DNA from: a virus
Direction: 5' to 3' (one strand)
Length of the DNA: 36,952 nucleotides
UHGV virus genome: UHGV-0205834
Shown: piece by piece, positions 1 to 8,522 of the stretch
Layout: every line of letters begins with the position of its first letter
Numbering within the stretch: position 1 is the stretch's first letter
The notes under the pieces: model-generated
What the model saw: the letters and a program-made list of their open reading frames with translations, nothing else
Told to the model about the DNA's origin: nothing
Databases searched by the model: none
Program-made: the position numbers and the translations under genes

Positions 1-30
1 ATTATTAATAAAAAAGGAGGAGAAAATAAC

Positions 31-870
31 ATGCCAAGAAAACCATTATCAGAAGAAGATAAAAAAGCTCGCTCCATTATCGCTAACAATTTAAAAAAAA
101 TTACGCATGGCTACACAAGAGCACAATTGTCAGATATGACAGGTATTCCTGTTACGACGCTATCGGGATATTTTACTGAAAAATCAACTATCAGTATGGA
201 AAACGCTGAATTAATAGCTAAAGCTTTTAATGTTGATAAATCTGATATAGATCCAAGATATTCCAGAGAATACAATTATTATGATTTAAAGAAAGAAGTT
301 TTAGATGAATTACAGGAAAACAATAAAAGTTTCGTTGCTGATAAATTTGTAGAGTTAGCAGAAAAAGCAAATGCAGCAGGGATGACTTTGAACAGAACTA
401 AAACTGATAGAGGAAACATTATGACAGTTCTATCAAGTGATATTCAAGAATATAACTTTTTTGACACTTCTGTTGCTGCCGGCATACCTTCTTCAGTCGA
501 AGCTTTTGATCAAGACCATATTGAGCAAATTGCTATTCCTGATTATGCCATGGGAAAATATGCAGGATATCAAGATGTATTTTTTACTAAAATAAATGGA
601 GATTCCATGAATAACGTTATTCCTGATGGATCATTAATTGCTGTAAAGAAAATAGAGAGCTGTGATGAGTTAAAAGATGGAGATATAGTAGTCTTTAGCA
701 ACGATAACGAATTTTCTGTAAAAAGATATATAAATGATCAACAAAATAATCGCATCATTTTTAGACCTGATTCTTCTAACATTTCTTTCACTGATATTGT
801 GGTTAATTATGATGATACTAAATACGTTCAAATTTATGGGAAAGTCGTTGTATATATTGTCCAACTATAA
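31..870 (+). CDS. CI-like phage repressor (XRE-type HTH N-terminus, LexA/S24 peptidase autocleavage C-terminus)
   Basis: 279-aa ORF with RBS AAAGGAGGAG upstream. HTH segment TRAQLSDMTGIPVTTLSGY. C-terminal GDSMNNVIPDGSLIAVKK carries the Ser/Lys dyad of S24 peptidases. Divergent from the cro-like gene across the window ends. Confidence 0.85.
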   Translation: MPRKPLSEEDKKARSIIANNLKKITHGYTRAQLSDMTGIPVTTLSGYFTEKSTISMENAELIAKAFNVDKSDIDPRYSREYNYYDLKKEVLDELQENNKSFVADKFVELAEKANAAGMTLNRTKTDRGNIMTVLSSDIQEYNFFDTSVAAGIPSSVEAFDQDHIEQIAIPDYAMGKYAGYQDVFFTKINGDSMNNVIPDGSLIAVKKIESCDELKDGDIVVFSNDNEFSVKRYINDQQNNRIIFRPDSSNISFTDIVVNYDDTKYVQIYGKVVVYIVQL

Positions 871-875
871 TTAAT

Positions 876-1091
876 TTGAGAGGGTATAAAATGAAAATTG
901 GAATGAGAAAACCGAGCATAAAGAAATCTATCAGCGCTAGAACAACTGGTAAAGCAAAACGTACTGTAAAAAAATCAGTTATTCCTAGTTATGGGAAAAA
1001 GGGTTCGGGATGGATCAAAGATCCCAAAAAGGCTGCTTACAACAAAGTTTACAAGAGAACTTCGTTTAGTTTTTGGGATTTATTTAAATAA
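876..1091 (+). CDS. small lysine-rich basic protein (hypothetical, moron candidate)
   Basis: 71-aa ORF directly after the repressor, RBS GAGGGT 5 nt upstream. About 30 percent Lys/Arg, no recognisable domain. Confidence 0.4.
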   Translation: MRGYKMKIGMRKPSIKKSISARTTGKAKRTVKKSVIPSYGKKGSGWIKDPKKAAYNKVYKRTSFSFWDLFK

Positions 1092-1097
1092 AAAAAG

Positions 1098-1114
1098 CCC
1101 GTGCTGGCACACGG
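1098..1114. terminator. short GC hairpin (CCGTG-N6-CACGG) after the basic-protein ORF, possible terminator (orientation ambiguous)
   Basis: 5-bp GC stem. A6 lies 5' and there is no T tract on the + strand. It would be U-tract-proficient only on the - strand. Confidence 0.25.
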
Positions 1115-1176
1115 ACTAGAAACCTTATTTCTAAGATTCTCCAATAAAATAATACCATAGAGATAAGGAGTAGAAA

Positions 1177-1617
1177 ATGAAATTTATTAAATTTGGAATT
1201 ATTGGATTATTAGCAGTGACAGTTATGGGAGGATGTGGATCATCAACAGCTGAAACAAAGGAATCAAAAAATTATAGTGAGACAAACAGTACTATCAAAG
1301 AAGTAGACTCTGATCAAACTGCTGAATTTGCAACTATTGCCGAAAAACACATTAAAGAAATATATTCGATAGATAATTTGAAGATGGATTTAAAATCTAT
1401 CAAAGTTACTCAATTTCCTGACGATAAAAATGCAGAAACTGGTGAAGAGTACAAAAATGTCTATAATGGTACTGGAGATTTTACTTGGCAAGACAAAAAA
1501 TACAACTTTTCTTTGATTTACTCAAAAAAAGATGCGACTAATTACACTGTCCTATATCTATATAGTAATTTAGACCCTAATAAAGGTATAAATACACCAT
1601 TAGAAAGTGATCAATAA
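1177..1617 (+). CDS. lipoprotein (signal peptidase II type), candidate superinfection-exclusion/lysogenic-conversion protein
   Basis: 146 aa with RBS AAGGAG. N-terminus MKFIKFGIIGLLAVTVMGGC has a lipobox Cys at position 20 followed by a Ser/Thr-rich linker. It sits between repressor and integrase. Confidence 0.7.
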   Translation: MKFIKFGIIGLLAVTVMGGCGSSTAETKESKNYSETNSTIKEVDSDQTAEFATIAEKHIKEIYSIDNLKMDLKSIKVTQFPDDKNAETGEEYKNVYNGTGDFTWQDKKYNFSLIYSKKDATNYTVLYLYSNLDPNKGINTPLESDQ

Positions 1618-1714
1618 AATATAAACGCCTACCAGCCCAAAGCAAGCGTATAACTAAGGAGGTGATGCCAGCTATTTTAGTCCGAACACTTACCCGAGCG
1701 AAAGGACGAAAAAA

Positions 1715-2863
1715 ATGGCAACATTCGAACAATACAAAAAGAAAAACGGTGAAAAATTGTGGAAGTTTCAAACTTATTTGGGAGTAGATCCCTTGACTGG
1801 CAAACAAGTGAGAACTACACGAAGAGGTTTTAAAACAAAAAAAGAAGCTCAATTAGCGCTGACCAAATTACAATTGGAATACGAAAGTAATGGTCTAAAT
1901 AAGTCTAAAGAGTTAACTTTTCAAGAAGTATACGATCTATGGATTGTAAATTATGAGCAAACAGTAAAAGAAAGTTCTTTCGTTAAAACAAAAGAACAGT
2001 TTGCGAATCATATATTACCAGCATTTGGTGCTCTTAAAATCAACAAAATATCGATTGATATAGCTCAAAAGTTCGCTAATGAAAAGGTAAAAAAATTTGT
2101 GTTGTATAGAGAATTCATCAATAATGCTTCGCGTATATGTGATTATGCTATTAAATTAGGATATCTACAAGATAATCCTTTTAAAAAAATCACAGTTCCA
2201 AAAAGAAAGGTCTCTGTTCATGAAGAAGATACTTTAAACTTTTTTAATAAAGAAGAACTAGAAATCTTTTTGAAATCAGTAGAAAAGAAAAAAGATATTC
2301 GTATGTATTCTTTTTTTCGGACACTAGCCTTCACAGGGATGCGCGTAGGCGAGCTCTTAGCTCTCACATGGAAAGACATTGATTTTAACGATAATTATAT
2401 CAAGATAAATAAAACTCTCGCCAGAGGAAAAAATAGACGCCTTTATGTAGAGCAACCTAAAACCAAAAATTCTAAGCGAGATATACCAGTCGATGATGAA
2501 ACTATGAACATCTTGAAGAAATGGCGATTAGAACAAAGAAAATGGTTGTTAACATTGGGAATTAATACGTTAAGCAAAAATCAACTGGTATTTTCTAACC
2601 AGAAAAACGAATATCTCCAATTATCTAAGCCTCGTAAATGGTTAGAAGTGATTATCAAACAAAATAATCTTAAACGTATTACTATTCATGGTCTTAGACA
2701 TACACATGCTAGTTTACTTTTAGAAGCTGGTGCAAATATTAAGGACGTACAAGAACGTTTAGGCCACTCGTCTATTCAAATCACTATGGATTTATATATC
2801 CACATTACAGACAAACGAAAAGAAAAAACAGCAGCGCAATTCGCAAAATATATCGGTATTTAA
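1715..2863 (+). CDS. int: site-specific tyrosine integrase
   Basis: 382 aa. C-terminal catalytic region R...HGLRHTHASLL...LGHSSIQITMDLYIHI matches the R-H-R-Y tyrosine recombinase signature. attP-like repeats lie immediately downstream. Confidence 0.9.
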   Translation: MATFEQYKKKNGEKLWKFQTYLGVDPLTGKQVRTTRRGFKTKKEAQLALTKLQLEYESNGLNKSKELTFQEVYDLWIVNYEQTVKESSFVKTKEQFANHILPAFGALKINKISIDIAQKFANEKVKKFVLYREFINNASRICDYAIKLGYLQDNPFKKITVPKRKVSVHEEDTLNFFNKEELEIFLKSVEKKKDIRMYSFFRTLAFTGMRVGELLALTWKDIDFNDNYIKINKTLARGKNRRLYVEQPKTKNSKRDIPVDDETMNILKKWRLEQRKWLLTLGINTLSKNQLVFSNQKNEYLQLSKPRKWLEVIIKQNNLKRITIHGLRHTHASLLLEAGANIKDVQERLGHSSIQITMDLYIHITDKRKEKTAAQFAKYIGI

Positions 2864-2865
2864 GC

Positions 2866-3135
2866 AGAACGTATTCAAAGACGTATTCAAACAAAAAAAC
2901 AGAGGCGAAAACATTGCAAGCAAATGCCTGTATATCAATGTTTTCTCCTCTATTATGAAATGTTATATAAGGAAGGTACAGGATTTATATATGACTGGTA
3001 ATAGAAGAAAATTACTAGCATAGTTTAGCGATTTACCCTAATTTTTGCTTCTAGTTATAAAATATTAGCACTAACTAAATTTCAAAACGTAGTCAAAAAC
3101 GTATTTAAAATTGTAATCGGGTAAGTGTTCGAAAA
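2866..3135. other. putative attP: two tandem pairs of arm-type repeats AACGTA(T/G)T(C/T)AAA (2868-2892 and 3088-3111) flanking a ~195-bp AT-rich presumed core region
   Basis: Direct repeats ACGTATTCAAA at 2869-2879 and 2881-2891. AACGTAGTCAAA at 3088-3099 and AACGTATTTAAA at 3100-3111. Non-coding and directly 3' of int. Confidence 0.5.
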
Positions 3136-3165
3136 CTATTATTAAACTAGATTTATCTATGTACT

Positions 3166-3197
3166 TCCCCCTCAAACTTTGAGGGGCTATTTTTTAT
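3166..3197 (+). terminator. Rho-independent terminator (CCCCTCAAA..TTTGAGGGG + CTATTTTTTA)
   Basis: Perfect 8-9 bp GC-rich inverted repeat at 3167-3186 followed by a T-run at 3189-3196. Confidence 0.6.
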
Positions 3198-3368
3198 CGT
3201 TGCGGAATATTCAAGTACCAGCGTTTATCATGAAAATCTTGTGCTCCGCCTTTAGTGTTCCCTTCTGGATCATTCGTTGCACGCATCATGCATATATTTT
3301 TCTAATAGGCTAATTACGAATTTATTTTGTTATGATAAAATAAAATTTGTGAATTGGAAGGTGAAAGA

Positions 3369-3935
3369 ATGTCAGAGGAACAACATAAATTAATAAAAAC
3401 AGTAAATAATTTTTTACATTGGTATTTAGGTAAAGAATACACACCCAAAGATATCTTAGAATTAATCTTAACTATTGTAGCTATCGTTTTTGTAATATTT
3501 GGTTTTTTAAAAAACAAAACATACTATGAAGATGTGTCTCTAGAATTCTACTCTATAGATACGCAAGGAAAATATTTCCCTCAGAATATTTATGATGAAA
3601 TAGCATTAGATGAAAGTCCCACAAAAATTGTTCTAGTTTCCCCTGCAAACGTGCCCATGAAAGTTGACATCATGAAATTTAAAGATATGAAAAACGATAG
3701 TGAACTTATATATAAATCTATGGGTTACTCTAAAACTATTAAGCCTGGTGATGCACTAAAAATTGCCTATACAGAAAGTGAAGGGATTCCTAATTATCAA
3801 CTTCATATTTCAACAGAATATGGCGAAACAGATGTACCATTGATCTATAACGGAAGATACAACAATATAAATAAAACAAAAATAAAAGCTACTAGAAAAG
3901 TTATACCATATTTTTTAGACAAAATATTGAATTAA
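3369..3935 (+). CDS. membrane-anchored protein of unknown function (moron between attP and the lysis cassette)
   Basis: 188 aa from ATG 3369 (RBS AAGGTGA). The track ORF starts at 3354. One predicted TM helix (ILELILTIVAIVFVIFGFL) with a ~140-aa extracytoplasmic domain. Opposite strand to all structural genes, with its own terminator. Confidence 0.6.
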   Translation: MSEEQHKLIKTVNNFLHWYLGKEYTPKDILELILTIVAIVFVIFGFLKNKTYYEDVSLEFYSIDTQGKYFPQNIYDEIALDESPTKIVLVSPANVPMKVDIMKFKDMKNDSELIYKSMGYSKTIKPGDALKIAYTESEGIPNYQLHISTEYGETDVPLIYNGRYNNINKTKIKATRKVIPYFLDKILN

Positions 3936-3944
3936 CTATGTACC

Positions 3945-3968
3945 GCCCCTCATCGAGGGGCTTTTTTT
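3945..3968 (+). terminator. Rho-independent terminator (GCCCCTC-ATC-GAGGGGC + T7), shared tail-to-tail with the endolysin gene
   Basis: Perfect 7-bp stem at 3945-3961, then TTTTTTT at 3962-3968. Confidence 0.7.
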
Positions 3969-5244
3969 AATATGATAGTACTTGACCTGGATAAATCAAG
4001 TTAGGATTTGATAATCCATTGCGCTGTGCCAGCGCTTGATACGTTGTGCCTAACTTAGATGCGATTGATGATAAATTATCGCCTGATCGAACAGTGTATG
4101 TTCTAGTAACATTTGCTATTCCGCTCACTTTTAGAACTTGTCCAGCATAGATCATATTCGGATTGCTTAGTCCATTTAACGAAGCAAGTGCTTGATACGT
4201 TGTTCCGTATTTTGCAGCAATCGAAGATAGTGTTTCTCCATATTGGACGATATGGGTTTGGATAGCAGCTGATGGTTTGTCTGGAACAGTTGTAGAATCT
4301 GGCAAGATTTCTACATTTGATTTTTCAATCCAAGATAAAATATTTGCAAGTAAAACTTTGTTGCCATTTATCTGTTGAACCTTGTAGCTTTCTCCTTTTA
4401 CCCATTGTGGGATTGCTTCTCCAGTTGCCCAGTTTTTCGCTGAAAAATTCACTTTCACAGTGTCGCCCACTTTAATTTCTGATTTTGGCGTATCATTAGC
4501 TTCTTCCCCTGCATCCGTTGCTGGAGTATCTGTTGCTGGTTTATCTGAACCTGTATAACCATTGTCTGTAATGCCAGTTAAATCGATATTACCATCTAAT
4601 CCACCAGCAATATAAGTTGAGGTAAATTGATAGATACCGATACCGTCCAGCGATGGAAAAATATTCCAGTTAGGAGTTAGCGTTACATTATAATCAGGAT
4701 AAGCAGAGATCCATAGCGAATCTGGAAACTCTTTGATTACTTGCTGATAATAAGCATTAGCTAATAAAAACGGCTTTCCTGAATAAAGCATTGGAGTATA
4801 GCCTGCTGCTTTAATTCGCCGCATACCATAAAGAATGGCATCCGTATTAGCTTGCTTATTAGAAGATGCCCCACCCTCGAAATCAATCGCTACAATTGAA
4901 CCTTTAGGCGTTTGAATCTTTGGCAAGAAATAATCCATCGTTTGTTTAGCAATTGCTGGGGAACCCCACACATCCCACCAAATATAGGTATGCGCTCGTT
5001 TGCCTTGCGCAATTGCAGAAGCAACTTGCGTGGAGTAGGTCCATTGGTCATATAAACCAGCTCCGTTATAACCACCAATTTGTGCAATAGCAAATTTATC
5101 ATGAGCGTACCCAAATCTTCCGTTCTCCCCTTGATAAATCGACCAATCCACACCCTGATCATTTTTTGCAGCAAACCCATTAATTGGCAATAAAAAAAGA
5201 GCCATTAATAGGCTCATCGCAGTAACAGTAATTTTCTTTTTCAT
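3967..5244 (-). CDS. endolysin: Sec signal peptide, GH25-like muramidase domain, SH3-like middle region, two C-terminal LysM repeats
   Basis: 425 aa. N-terminus MKKKITVTAMSLLMALFLLPINGFAA looks like a signal peptide. Two LysM-type repeats (…YGETLSSIAAKYGTTYQALASLNGLSNPNMIYAGQVLKV and …SGDNLSSIASKLGTTYQALAQRNGLSNPNLIYPGQVL). Last gene of the late operon. Confidence 0.75.
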   Translation of the reverse strand: MKKKITVTAMSLLMALFLLPINGFAAKNDQGVDWSIYQGENGRFGYAHDKFAIAQIGGYNGAGLYDQWTYSTQVASAIAQGKRAHTYIWWDVWGSPAIAKQTMDYFLPKIQTPKGSIVAIDFEGGASSNKQANTDAILYGMRRIKAAGYTPMLYSGKPFLLANAYYQQVIKEFPDSLWISAYPDYNVTLTPNWNIFPSLDGIGIYQFTSTYIAGGLDGNIDLTGITDNGYTGSDKPATDTPATDAGEEANDTPKSEIKVGDTVKVNFSAKNWATGEAIPQWVKGESYKVQQINGNKVLLANILSWIEKSNVEILPDSTTVPDKPSAAIQTHIVQYGETLSSIAAKYGTTYQALASLNGLSNPNMIYAGQVLKVSGIANVTRTYTVRSGDNLSSIASKLGTTYQALAQRNGLSNPNLIYPGQVLSY

Positions 5245-5254
5245 TTGTTTCCTC

Positions 5255-5452
5255 CTATTTTTTCAAATTATAAGCCGACACACCAGTGATAACGCCTAAA
5301 AATGTTGCTACTGCATTGATAGTGAGTACTGTCATATCTGTTCCATTCCATCCATACGCTTTTCCTAACGTGGCTACTAAAACAGATGCAGCTGGTAAAA
5401 CTGTTAAAACCGTCCATTTAATGATTTGATAATACTTATCTGGTAAAATCAT
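5255..5452 (-). CDS. holin (small, two-TM class)
   Basis: 65 aa with two hydrophobic segments and a charged C-terminus (NLKK). Directly upstream of the endolysin. Confidence 0.65.
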   Translation of the reverse strand: MILPDKYYQIIKWTVLTVLPAASVLVATLGKAYGWNGTDMTVLTINAVATFLGVITGVSAYNLKK

Positions 5453-5467
5453 TTCTTCTCACCTCCT

Positions 5468-5731
5468 TTACAATTTAGTCAAGAAATAGCCAATGATTGT
5501 AATGCCTAAGCCAATCATATAGCCCCAAGCCCATTTATTATTGTTCTTCATTTCCTTGATGTCTTCTGCATTGTTTAGTGCTACTGAATAGGCTTTATCT
5601 GCCAAATCTTTTGCACTATCAGCCTTTTCTCTAAGTGATTCGTAGTTGTCTAATTTTGTTTCAATTCTTACTAATCTCTCCACAACGTCTTGGAGCGCTT
5701 CTTCTTTCATGTTCCACCAACTTTCCAACAA
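5468..5731 (-). CDS. xhlA: XhlA-like haemolysin/lysis-accessory protein
   Basis: N-terminal coiled coil plus a single C-terminal TM (WAWGYMIGLGITIIGYFLTKL). The real start is probably ATG at 5710, since the track start is a TTG. Sits in the XkdX-XhlA-holin-lysin arrangement known from Firmicutes phages. Confidence 0.6.
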   Translation of the reverse strand: MLESWWNMKEEALQDVVERLVRIETKLDNYESLREKADSAKDLADKAYSVALNNAEDIKEMKNNNKWAWGYMIGLGITIIGYFLTKL

Positions 5732-5736
5732 AAAAA

Positions 5737-5754
5737 CGCATCACTTAAGATGCG
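5737..5754 (-). terminator. hairpin CGCATC-N6-GATGCG followed on the - strand by T7 (attenuator/terminator-like) just upstream of xhlA
   Basis: 6-bp stem. The A-run at 5730-5736 on + is a U-run on -. Overlaps the stop codon of the small XkdX-like ORF. Confidence 0.3.
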
Positions 5755-5882
5755 CTCTCTTCTTTGCTAATGATTTTATCTGCTTCTTCGTCTGTAATGC
5801 ATAGTGGAACGAATAGTCGAACTTGATCGTCAGTAAAACAGCCCCAATCATACATCATTTTCACATCGCTAAAACTAAACAT
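5745..5882 (-). CDS. XkdX-family small phage protein (not in ORF track, 45 aa)
   Basis: ATG at 5882, RBS AGGGAGGTGAG 6 nt upstream. Protein MFSFSDVKMMYDWGCFTDDQVRLFVPLCITDEEADKIISKEESAS fits the XkdX pattern (W-G-x-T-DDQV-x-FV-x-ITDEE-x-KI). Upstream of xhlA. Confidence 0.5.
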   Translation of the reverse strand: MFSFSDVKMMYDWGCFTDDQVRLFVPLCITDEEADKIISKEESAS

Positions 5883-5883
5883 A

Positions 5884-6339
5884 CTACTCACCTCCCTTTG
5901 AAGCTGGATTTAGTTGCTCTTTAATTTCTGAAATGTCTTTGCTATTTTGTAACGAAGCAAGCATCATTTTTGAATTGATTTGTGCTAAACTATCCGCTTT
6001 TTCTTTCAATGCAGTATTTTCCTGTTTAATTGCTACATCGCTTAGCATGAGTTTGGCATTGATCTGTTTTAAATCGCCGTTCTCATTTTCTAACGACTCA
6101 TACATTGCTTTGAGATTGTTTAAATCGTTGTGATCTAGTGCGTTCGCTAAAATAATCCATTGATTCAATTTAGGATCAAACATTTGATCGTCGATTGTTA
6201 ACGGTTCGCCATCAGCTCGAACCCCTTCAAGTGGAGGCTGATCTGTGTAAGGAACGGATACAAGCATATCGTCCAATACTTTTCCTGCGTACTCTCCGCC
6301 AGTACGTCCATATTTCCAAATGTTTTTCATTCGTTTCAC
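5884..6339 (-). CDS. hypothetical tail-module protein with coiled-coil C-terminus (XkdW-like position)
   Basis: 151 aa, between the tail fibre and the XkdX-like gene. Confidence 0.4.
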   Translation of the reverse strand: MKRMKNIWKYGRTGGEYAGKVLDDMLVSVPYTDQPPLEGVRADGEPLTIDDQMFDPKLNQWIILANALDHNDLNNLKAMYESLENENGDLKQINAKLMLSDVAIKQENTALKEKADSLAQINSKMMLASLQNSKDISEIKEQLNPASKGGE

Positions 6340-6341
6340 TC

Positions 6342-8507
6342 CTAGTCTATATAGTATTGAATTGGTGCTAAAAACAAGTTGACTGTTCCCCTAAATGAAG
6401 GTAGACCGCAAACGCCGTTCGGTCGGATATAAGCCATCCCGCCATTGTCTAAAGTATTGTTACTTTGTGGTGGTAACAAGAATTGATACTCATAATTATC
6501 AGTTGGATTACTTGGTCTAAATCCTTCTGGAATCGTACAAAAATCTTGTGTACTTAGCGTGCTACCTTTTAATGATCCACGGAACATCACTAGTTTTCCA
6601 ATTCTCCTGATTTGTCCCTGTTTATTCCAAGAGTGGCCGTTGATCGCTGTTAGATTTACCCATCCGGTATCTTCTGGAACTGTAGCAACTTCTTTACCTG
6701 CAATCTGCAACCCATCTTCAAAGTTTTTTAAACCTTCAACTGACTGTGGTTCGGTCAAACTAACCGTATTATTCAAGCCTTTTTCAGTATATTCAGGCTT
6801 GATGTCCCAACTGTAATCATTCGGATTGTTGCTGTCTTTCAATCCTTCACCAAAGTATTTATATTCACTAATATTTGGGGTTCGGGTGTCTCCTTTTTCA
6901 ATTTTTAACCAGTTTATGGTGCATGAACCTAAAGAAGTTTTTGGGCTTTGTTGAAGGTATACCGCTTTTGTGTTGTCCCCTAGCTGAGTTATTGAGACAG
7001 TGGCGACCCATGTATCAACCAATTCTTCAACTGGTTTAAAGTCACCGAATTGGTGTTGAGCTAAATAAACCCGAATTTTTTGTGAGCCAGGCTTAGTCGC
7101 TCCTATCGTCACAGTATAAGTTTCACCTAAAATGAAATCCTCTAATGCATTTTTTGCATAAATTCCCTCGCTACTACGTGTGATCGGAAACTTAACTGCA
7201 GGATCGGCAATGTTCTCGTTAGGATATTCGCGGCACATGTTATAAGGTTCTGCTAATAAGTTAGGTTGATGTGGTGTGGCTGTTGAACCACGTTCAAGTT
7301 TAATATTTTCGATTAAAACCGTTCCAACAAATGGGTCTATTGATGCTGTATTAATTGTGAAATACATTCTATCGAAAATTGATGGATCGATTATCGAACT
7401 TGAATTTGCTGTAATAAATATTTTCGTCTTTTTACCGATTTGTGCCTCTTTAGCCGTTAATCTTAATATGGTTGTTTCGGTAGGACTTATCCTATAACTT
7501 AACTTTAAATTCTCTAGTTTACCCGTGTATCCCTCAGAAACAGTAACATCTGCACTTAATGTATATTGAGTATTTGGTAATAAAACTGGCATATTTGTTG
7601 TATATTCTAAATAAGTATCCTCATTAGTTTTAGTAAAATTTATTTTTAAGCCATTCCCAACATCTTCCACAGTAACACCAGACTGCTTATTAAAACCCTT
7701 AGCTTTTAAAGCAGGCATTAAATTCGGATTCCCGCTATAATCATAGTTCCCGAAGTCGATGCTGTTACTGTACATTTTCTTCAGCTTGCCGAGATCGCCG
7801 ATTTGCTGATTGGTTTGATTCATCTTGTCTTCAACTGCTTTAAGATTGTTTTGTGCCGATGTAACGTTTTGAGAAACGGTATCAATCTTAGTTTGAGTAG
7901 CTTGTAGTTGCTCTGTTACCTCGTCAACAGTTTGATCAATTGCTTGTGTGGCTCCCTGTACAAATTCATTTATTTGTTGGTTTGCCTTTTCAATCGTAGA
8001 ATCCACATTTGTTAATGCTGCGTTAACAGCATCTGTCGCCTCTTGTTTGACCCCATCAAGTAGTTGTTGAAAGTCCTTAAAATAATATTCTCCATTCAAT
8101 TGAACATCGCCATCAATGATAGATTTCTCAATATTAAAAGTAAACGCCAAATTGTCCGTATGACTACCATCTGGAAAATCAATATAAACATTGGCATCAA
8201 CTTTACCCTCGTAAGAAAGTAACATGTCAGGAATCCGGTATTTTACAATCCCTTGCATGTAGCTTTCAGTAATGATCTGATTATCAAAAATTGGGAACTC
8301 CTTTTTCTCTTCCCCTTGATAGATGTGCATAAAAAGACGAACAGTCGCATCGATTAAATCGGTCGGACTTCCGTCTTGATTTTCAATATTAAATTGTAAA
8401 ACACCAGCATTTTTATCATAAGATTTAAAAGTAAAGCCTGTAATCTTGGTGGCACGACTAACTGGTTCTGTAGGTACGGTGATCTCACCAACTTTTCTGT
8501 CTGCCAA
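6342..8507 (-). CDS. tail fibre / baseplate upper protein (BppU-like N-terminus, central coiled coil, C-terminal receptor-binding region)
   Basis: 721 aa. Long heptad-rich segment (…LTNVDSTIEKANQQINEFVQGATQAIDQTVDEVTEQLQATQTKIDTVSQNV…). Position after the Tal/tail proteins. Confidence 0.65.
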   Translation of the reverse strand: MADRKVGEITVPTEPVSRATKITGFTFKSYDKNAGVLQFNIENQDGSPTDLIDATVRLFMHIYQGEEKKEFPIFDNQIITESYMQGIVKYRIPDMLLSYEGKVDANVYIDFPDGSHTDNLAFTFNIEKSIIDGDVQLNGEYYFKDFQQLLDGVKQEATDAVNAALTNVDSTIEKANQQINEFVQGATQAIDQTVDEVTEQLQATQTKIDTVSQNVTSAQNNLKAVEDKMNQTNQQIGDLGKLKKMYSNSIDFGNYDYSGNPNLMPALKAKGFNKQSGVTVEDVGNGLKINFTKTNEDTYLEYTTNMPVLLPNTQYTLSADVTVSEGYTGKLENLKLSYRISPTETTILRLTAKEAQIGKKTKIFITANSSSIIDPSIFDRMYFTINTASIDPFVGTVLIENIKLERGSTATPHQPNLLAEPYNMCREYPNENIADPAVKFPITRSSEGIYAKNALEDFILGETYTVTIGATKPGSQKIRVYLAQHQFGDFKPVEELVDTWVATVSITQLGDNTKAVYLQQSPKTSLGSCTINWLKIEKGDTRTPNISEYKYFGEGLKDSNNPNDYSWDIKPEYTEKGLNNTVSLTEPQSVEGLKNFEDGLQIAGKEVATVPEDTGWVNLTAINGHSWNKQGQIRRIGKLVMFRGSLKGSTLSTQDFCTIPEGFRPSNPTDNYEYQFLLPPQSNNTLDNGGMAYIRPNGVCGLPSFRGTVNLFLAPIQYYID

Positions 8508-8522
8508 ATCAATCCCTCCTTC

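Noticed and set aside
1665-1787. 40-aa + strand ORF starting at ATG 1665 with AAGGAGGTG upstream, overlapping the int 5' region
   Set aside because: The spacing between GGAGG and ATG is only 2 nt, and the sequence overlaps the int RBS. More likely this is int leader/regulatory DNA; it contains one copy of the 15-mer.
3196-3290. Host-gene 3' fragment, e.g. a tRNA or protein-coding end, inside attP
   Set aside because: There is a short open frame ending at the terminator, but no tRNA-like structure is evident and there is no way to confirm host identity without a database search. It is mentioned only as a lead.
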